Positions 59,551-64,000 of a stretch of 64,000 nucleotides of DNA are shown piece after piece; the stretch's first letter is position 1; every line of letters starts with the position of its first letter. A model generated the notes under the pieces. The model saw only the letters and a program-made list of their open reading frames with translations, was not told where the DNA came from and ran no database searches. The stretch lies in the NCBI GenBank assembly GCA_963719515.1, contig CAVRCJ010000011.1, forward strand, positions 288,001 through 352,000, read 5' to 3'. The DNA is from an uncultured cyanobacterium (GTDB lineage: Bacteria; Cyanobacteriota; Cyanobacteriia; CAKZMO01). A program made the position numbers and the translations under genes.

Positions 59551-61803
59551 TTAGGCTGATACTACACCGTGGATATCGTTGGCAACTACGCCCAGACAGC
59601 GCAAGCGGAAGCTCTTGAGATCTTCGATGACCTTCGAGAACTGCTCACGCTTCGTTTCCTCAAGGCCAACAACCAGCAGAACGCCATCAGTATGGCTGCT
59701 GACAAAGGTTGCTTCTGTAAAGCTCGATAGATTAGGTGTGTCAAAAATCACTAAGTCAAACTGATTTTGTAGCGATTCGACAAGCTGAGCCATGACCGGA
59801 GACGCTAGCTTCTCTGGCTCCTTCTGCAAAAGGTTGCCGGCGGTCAGCGCGTAGAGGTTGTTGATCGAGGTTTTCTGAATCACGCGATCGGCTGTCGTGC
59901 TGGTCTTGCCGCTCAATAAGTCGCCTAGCCCTTCGGTATTCGCCACTCCCAACGCTCGGTGAAGTCGGGGCGCTTCTAAATTCGCGTCAACGAGCAAGAC
60001 CCGCTTACCGCTAGCCGCCGCGGTTCTAGCGAGGTTAATCGCTAGGGTTGAGCTGCCGTCGCCTTCCTCAACCGCGCAGACGGCGAGAGACCTGACATCT
60101 TGCGAGGGGGAGAGGAAGTTTACCTTTGTGTAAAGTGACTGAATGGCCTGCTGGAAGGGCGATCGCAGTCCATGGCCTTCGATAACCCCTGTGGACGGGA
60201 TATTGACGTCGGGCTCGCTGTACGGCAGGAATCCAACGACGGGTAGGGATGTTGCCGACTTGAGATCCGCGGAGGTGTAGAACACGTCTCGCTGTCGCTC
60301 TAGCAACATGGCCAATAGCGTTCCCAAGAACAATCCGGCAATGACGCCCAGGCCAATAGTTTGAGTGAGGTCATTTTCCGCAGGAATCGCCTGGCCTTCT
60401 TCGTCGTAGGCGAGGTTTGGCTCCGAAATCAGTTCCCAAGGAATTTCGGTCTGGGCCGCCTCAACTTTGAGCGTCTCCCGCTGAGTTAGCAGTTGGTCTA
60501 GAGTTTGAACCGCCAGAGTAAGCTGCCGCTGTAGCTCACTGTACTGGCGGGCTACAGCGGGAAAGCGCTGCGCCTGCTGAGCCCAAAAGCTTTGACTTTG
60601 GTTGAGGGCTTGATTGCGGGCCTCAAGCACCTGAACCTGGTTAACTGAATCAATCAGCTGCTGCGTGATTCCCAGGCGGATTGAGTTTTGTGAGGGAAGA
60701 CTTTCCGCATTGGCACCCCCGCCAGAAAGGTTGGCCCCGACGACCTGCTGCGCCCTGTTAGAGAGTAGGCCTGACAGGTTAGCCTGCTGCTGACGAAGCG
60801 AGCGAATTACCGGACTCGCTTCGCTGAAGCGGACCGACTCTATGGCAATCTGGTTTTCGATTTCCTGAAGCTGAGCCCTAAGGTCGGCGTAAATCTGGTC
60901 TTCACTGAGCGCAGAGGCGGCTACGGCTTCATCGATAGAGAGGCCGAGCTGCTGTTGGAGATTGTTGCTGAGCCGCTGCTGCTCCTGAAGCTCTTGCTGA
61001 ACAGTCAGCTTCTGCGCCGTAATCTCACGAATTTGGTCGGAGATTTGATTGCCCTCAGCAGTAGGGTCATTGATGAAGTACTGCTGCTGAAGCGACTGCA
61101 GCTGATTTTGGAGCGTCCCAACCCGCTGCTCTAGCTCAGGCAGCTGCTCATCAATAAACTTAACGCCTTCGCCAATCCGAGTCTTTCGCTCTTCAAGGGA
61201 GTACTCTAAAAATCGCTCGGCAAGCATCTCGGAGACAAATAGGACTTCTTGAGGATCTTCGCCCTCATAGGACGCCTCGATCATCTTTGTCTCTTCTAGG
61301 CTAGTCGTCGGGCCGTTGGAGACCGTACAGCACCGCGTGACGCTCAAACCACTGTAGAGATCTCCCGAGGTAAACGACGAATACTGAGGCTGAGATTGGA
61401 CCCGCTCGATGACATCGTCTAGAACAGCGCCGCTCTTGAGGATGACCAGCTGAGTATCGTAGTCGAATTCGGCTCCCCGCTGGGGAACGCTTCGTGTTCC
61501 GCGAGTCACGGCCGCAGGGGCCGAAAGCGTCGCCTCAGGCGAAAGTGGCTCTACAAGTAGACGAAACGTACTCTGGTAGCTGTCGGCAGTTCCTGACGCC
61601 TTGAGGTAGGCCCCTGCGGCGCAGACCACCGTAACGCCAATGATCAGCCAAGCCTTGCGTTGAATCGTACGCAATAGAGGACCAAAGTCTAACCCTTTTT
61701 GCTCTTGGTCCTCGAGGTTATCAACCTCAACCGGGGACAATGATGTTGTCGGACTATCGGTTCGAGCGAGTGCCGATAGGGAAGGCTGTTGGTTCGTCTG
61801 CAT
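59551..61803 (-). CDS. wzc: Wzc/GumC-type polysaccharide co-polymerase with a BY-kinase-like domain
   Basis: Two TMs flanking a coiled-coil periplasmic region, plus a C-terminal P-loop-like domain (VLLVDANL, VIFDTP). Confidence 0.88.
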   Translation of the reverse strand: MQTNQQPSLSALARTDSPTTSLSPVEVDNLEDQEQKGLDFGPLLRTIQRKAWLIIGVTVVCAAGAYLKASGTADSYQSTFRLLVEPLSPEATLSAPAAVTRGTRSVPQRGAEFDYDTQLVILKSGAVLDDVIERVQSQPQYSSFTSGDLYSGLSVTRCCTVSNGPTTSLEETKMIEASYEGEDPQEVLFVSEMLAERFLEYSLEERKTRIGEGVKFIDEQLPELEQRVGTLQNQLQSLQQQYFINDPTAEGNQISDQIREITAQKLTVQQELQEQQRLSNNLQQQLGLSIDEAVAASALSEDQIYADLRAQLQEIENQIAIESVRFSEASPVIRSLRQQQANLSGLLSNRAQQVVGANLSGGGANAESLPSQNSIRLGITQQLIDSVNQVQVLEARNQALNQSQSFWAQQAQRFPAVARQYSELQRQLTLAVQTLDQLLTQRETLKVEAAQTEIPWELISEPNLAYDEEGQAIPAENDLTQTIGLGVIAGLFLGTLLAMLLERQRDVFYTSADLKSATSLPVVGFLPYSEPDVNIPSTGVIEGHGLRSPFQQAIQSLYTKVNFLSPSQDVRSLAVCAVEEGDGSSTLAINLARTAAASGKRVLLVDANLEAPRLHRALGVANTEGLGDLLSGKTSTTADRVIQKTSINNLYALTAGNLLQKEPEKLASPVMAQLVESLQNQFDLVIFDTPNLSSFTEATFVSSHTDGVLLVVGLEETKREQFSKVIEDLKSFRLRCLGVVANDIHGVVSA

Positions 61804-62061
61804 TATGACCTCTAAACTGTCTTGCCGATAGGTAAAGTGAGTTGGTGAAGCAGGATACTAAAATTGCCTGTCGATTGTGACTCACTGAAAAGGGCCAAAC
61901 GCGGCAACCATCAACTTTTCAAGCGTAAATTTTAACGTCTGCATCGTCTCTCGATAGAGCCCTATAAATTTAAGATGACATCCGCTGCTGTAGCTTGAAA
62001 TAGGAAGGGGTGCCCGTTGGCGATCGCCAGCTCGATTGAGCCCTCTATTGAGTCATTGAAT

Positions 62062-63189
62062 CTAGTTGTCGAACAAATCGATCACATCGCCAATAATTCC
62101 AAGGGCGCCTCCAATCGGATTGAGAAGCAAATCCAAGGCGTCAGACGTGCGGGCAGTGTTGTTGCGATTGACAATCACGATGTCTCCAGGCCGCAGCGCT
62201 GGATTTTCTTCCTCATCTACGCCAGACGTCAGGTCAACTTCAATTCGTCGCTTATCGACGGTTCCGTCAGGGTTAAGCCGCACCAGCTCGACCCGCCGCC
62301 GTCTTGCCCTAGCGTCCGTAAATCCGCCGGCCGCCAAGATGGCCTGATTCAGCGTTGTATTGGGTTCAACTTCAACCAGTCCCGGCGAGGTGACTTCGCC
62401 AACGACGTTGACGCCAATGATATCTGGAGAAAAATTGGCATCTGCAAGCTCGGTTAGTTCGGCGGGGCCGAGCGCCAATGCTTTGGGAACCACGATGGTA
62501 TCGCCGTCTCTCAAATTGATATCTTGATAGATCTCGCCATCCTTGAGCAACGCCCACAGGTTGACGCTGATGACCTTGTCCTCCCCTAGGCGCTGACGGC
62601 GAACCTGGATCTCGCGAATATCAGCGGTCTGGGTGATCCCACCTGCCAGCTGAATGGCCTGAGTTACGTTGGGCCACTGCGCCGTACGGTCGACGCTCAG
62701 CTCTGAGACTGTGCCCTCATCAAAGCGAAGCGAGTAGGTTCCCGGTCGGTCCACCTCCCCCAAGACAGCAACCGTCAGCGGGCGGGCAAATAGGAGTCTG
62801 AGCGTCACGTCGGGCTCATTTAGAAACGGCGCATAGGCCTGCTCGATGGAACGCTCTGCTTCGTCAATTGTGAGCCCCTGTACGTTGACTCGATCGACCC
62901 AGGGGAGCCGAAGCGTGCCGTCGACGGGAACAACGTATCGACCATTTTGAGCGCTAAATTCGGGAACGTTGAAGATATCGATTTGAATTTCGTCTCCAAC
63001 CCCCAAGACATAAGCCGTCTCAGCGATAGGCCCTGTGATGACTTCAATATCCTGCGATCGCTCTGAAGGGGATAAAGGCAGCGAGAGTGACTCATTGACC
63101 GGGTCTGCAGCGGCAGCAGACCCCAACCCTAAAATGAGCAGACTGGAGGTGAGCGTGTTCAGAGTACCGCGGGCAAATCTGGTAATCAT
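62062..63189 (-). CDS. wza: Polysaccharide export protein (Wza-like, SLBB repeats)
   Basis: YVLGVGDEIQIDIF, GEVDRPG, AIQLAGG, LRDGDTIVVP. Confidence 0.9.
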   Translation of the reverse strand: MITRFARGTLNTLTSSLLILGLGSAAAADPVNESLSLPLSPSERSQDIEVITGPIAETAYVLGVGDEIQIDIFNVPEFSAQNGRYVVPVDGTLRLPWVDRVNVQGLTIDEAERSIEQAYAPFLNEPDVTLRLLFARPLTVAVLGEVDRPGTYSLRFDEGTVSELSVDRTAQWPNVTQAIQLAGGITQTADIREIQVRRQRLGEDKVISVNLWALLKDGEIYQDINLRDGDTIVVPKALALGPAELTELADANFSPDIIGVNVVGEVTSPGLVEVEPNTTLNQAILAAGGFTDARARRRRVELVRLNPDGTVDKRRIEVDLTSGVDEEENPALRPGDIVIVNRNNTARTSDALDLLLNPIGGALGIIGDVIDLFDN

Positions 63190-64000
63190 TCTGCTAGTAA
63201 AATTTAGTGAGGAAATATAGTTCAGTCTCTAACTGAGAAGATACCCGCAACCTGCGGGGCAATCACCTTGAAGTTGTTTCCTCAGCTGCTGAACATAAAC
63301 TTGCGCACAAATTTATGCGCAAACCGGTGCAACAATAATTCGTGCGACAGCAACAAGGCGATAATTTCGAGACACACCCAATCAACCTGACCCATTTACA
63401 ACGCTATATCGTTGAGGCTTTATTCCCTGGACGAATAGGTTTACTAGCGCGGCCATACAGCGTAGCTATACAGCGTAGCCATACAATTTATAGCCTGTCT
63501 AACCATATTGATGCAAAAACGCTCGACTGCTGCCTCTTCCAAGGACTCTTAATACAAACTAGCTTTTTCGAGAAGCTTAATAAAGGGTTTATCAAGATGA
63601 GCCCGTCTATCCTCGTCAGTATGGCCATTGCGCTTGCCCGAGGTGACAAATTTGACAAGCTTTTTAGGAGCCGTTGAGCTAGTATTGTGCTATGCAACGT
63701 GCATGAAGTTGCATAGCACGCATTTGAGCAGGCCCAAACAGCCGCGAAGAATTTTCGGTTTCCAGGAAAATGGTTAGCCACCGGCGACGCCACTGCCAGG
63801 CTCTCCGCGGAGGGCGATCGCCCTCTCAGTATGGGAATCGCCACATAAGCTTTAATCTTCCTAATGCCTTCGTGAAAAGTTTGTGTGAATTGCCGGTCAC
63901 TAGCTTTGTCGAAGCGTCTCTCTGGGTAGTATGTCTCTAGACGGCTTAGACTTCCCCCCTTCAGGTATTGACAGGTTTACGAGACAGCCGTGCAGCTCCA

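Overview
Cyanobacterial chromosome segment: about 55-60% GC by eye, many HIP1 GCGATCGC octamers, chlI, a cyanobacterial tocopherol/plastoquinone methyltransferase, hetZ-patU and an intron-containing tRNA-Leu(UAA). These markers suggest a filamentous lineage, but that is inference. Most of the window is housekeeping: gatB (partial), rnpB, tRNA-Val, mazG, tpiA, argH, purM, comB, glycerate kinase, chlI, ruvC, hisIE, sds, murI, folB and the start of a wza-wzc-GT2 exopolysaccharide operon. Three accessory zones stand out. (1) At 1.9-4.7 kb, between rnpB and DUF2227 and around tRNA-Val, lie a dead tnpB IS200/IS605 element and two protein-less mini-elements. Each mini-element keeps a -10 box and a 198-nt omegaRNA-like right end with compensatory base changes, so they look like stand-alone guide-RNA cassettes. 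(2) At 24-32 kb is a defence-like island, HIP1-free over about 24.0-30.6 kb. It holds a 2-TM SLATT-like gene split by IS66, a patatin with an unassigned C-terminal domain, IS630, a WD40 gene and a VapBC-type pair, followed by nested palindromic repeats. (3) At 49.8-57.9 kb are a degenerate stand-alone HypF C-terminal-domain protein, a decayed metalloprotease gene, a frameshift-riddled DUF4347/RTX adhesin gene and a TpsB. No CRISPR array or rRNA was seen. All family assignments come from motif recognition by eye, not database searches.
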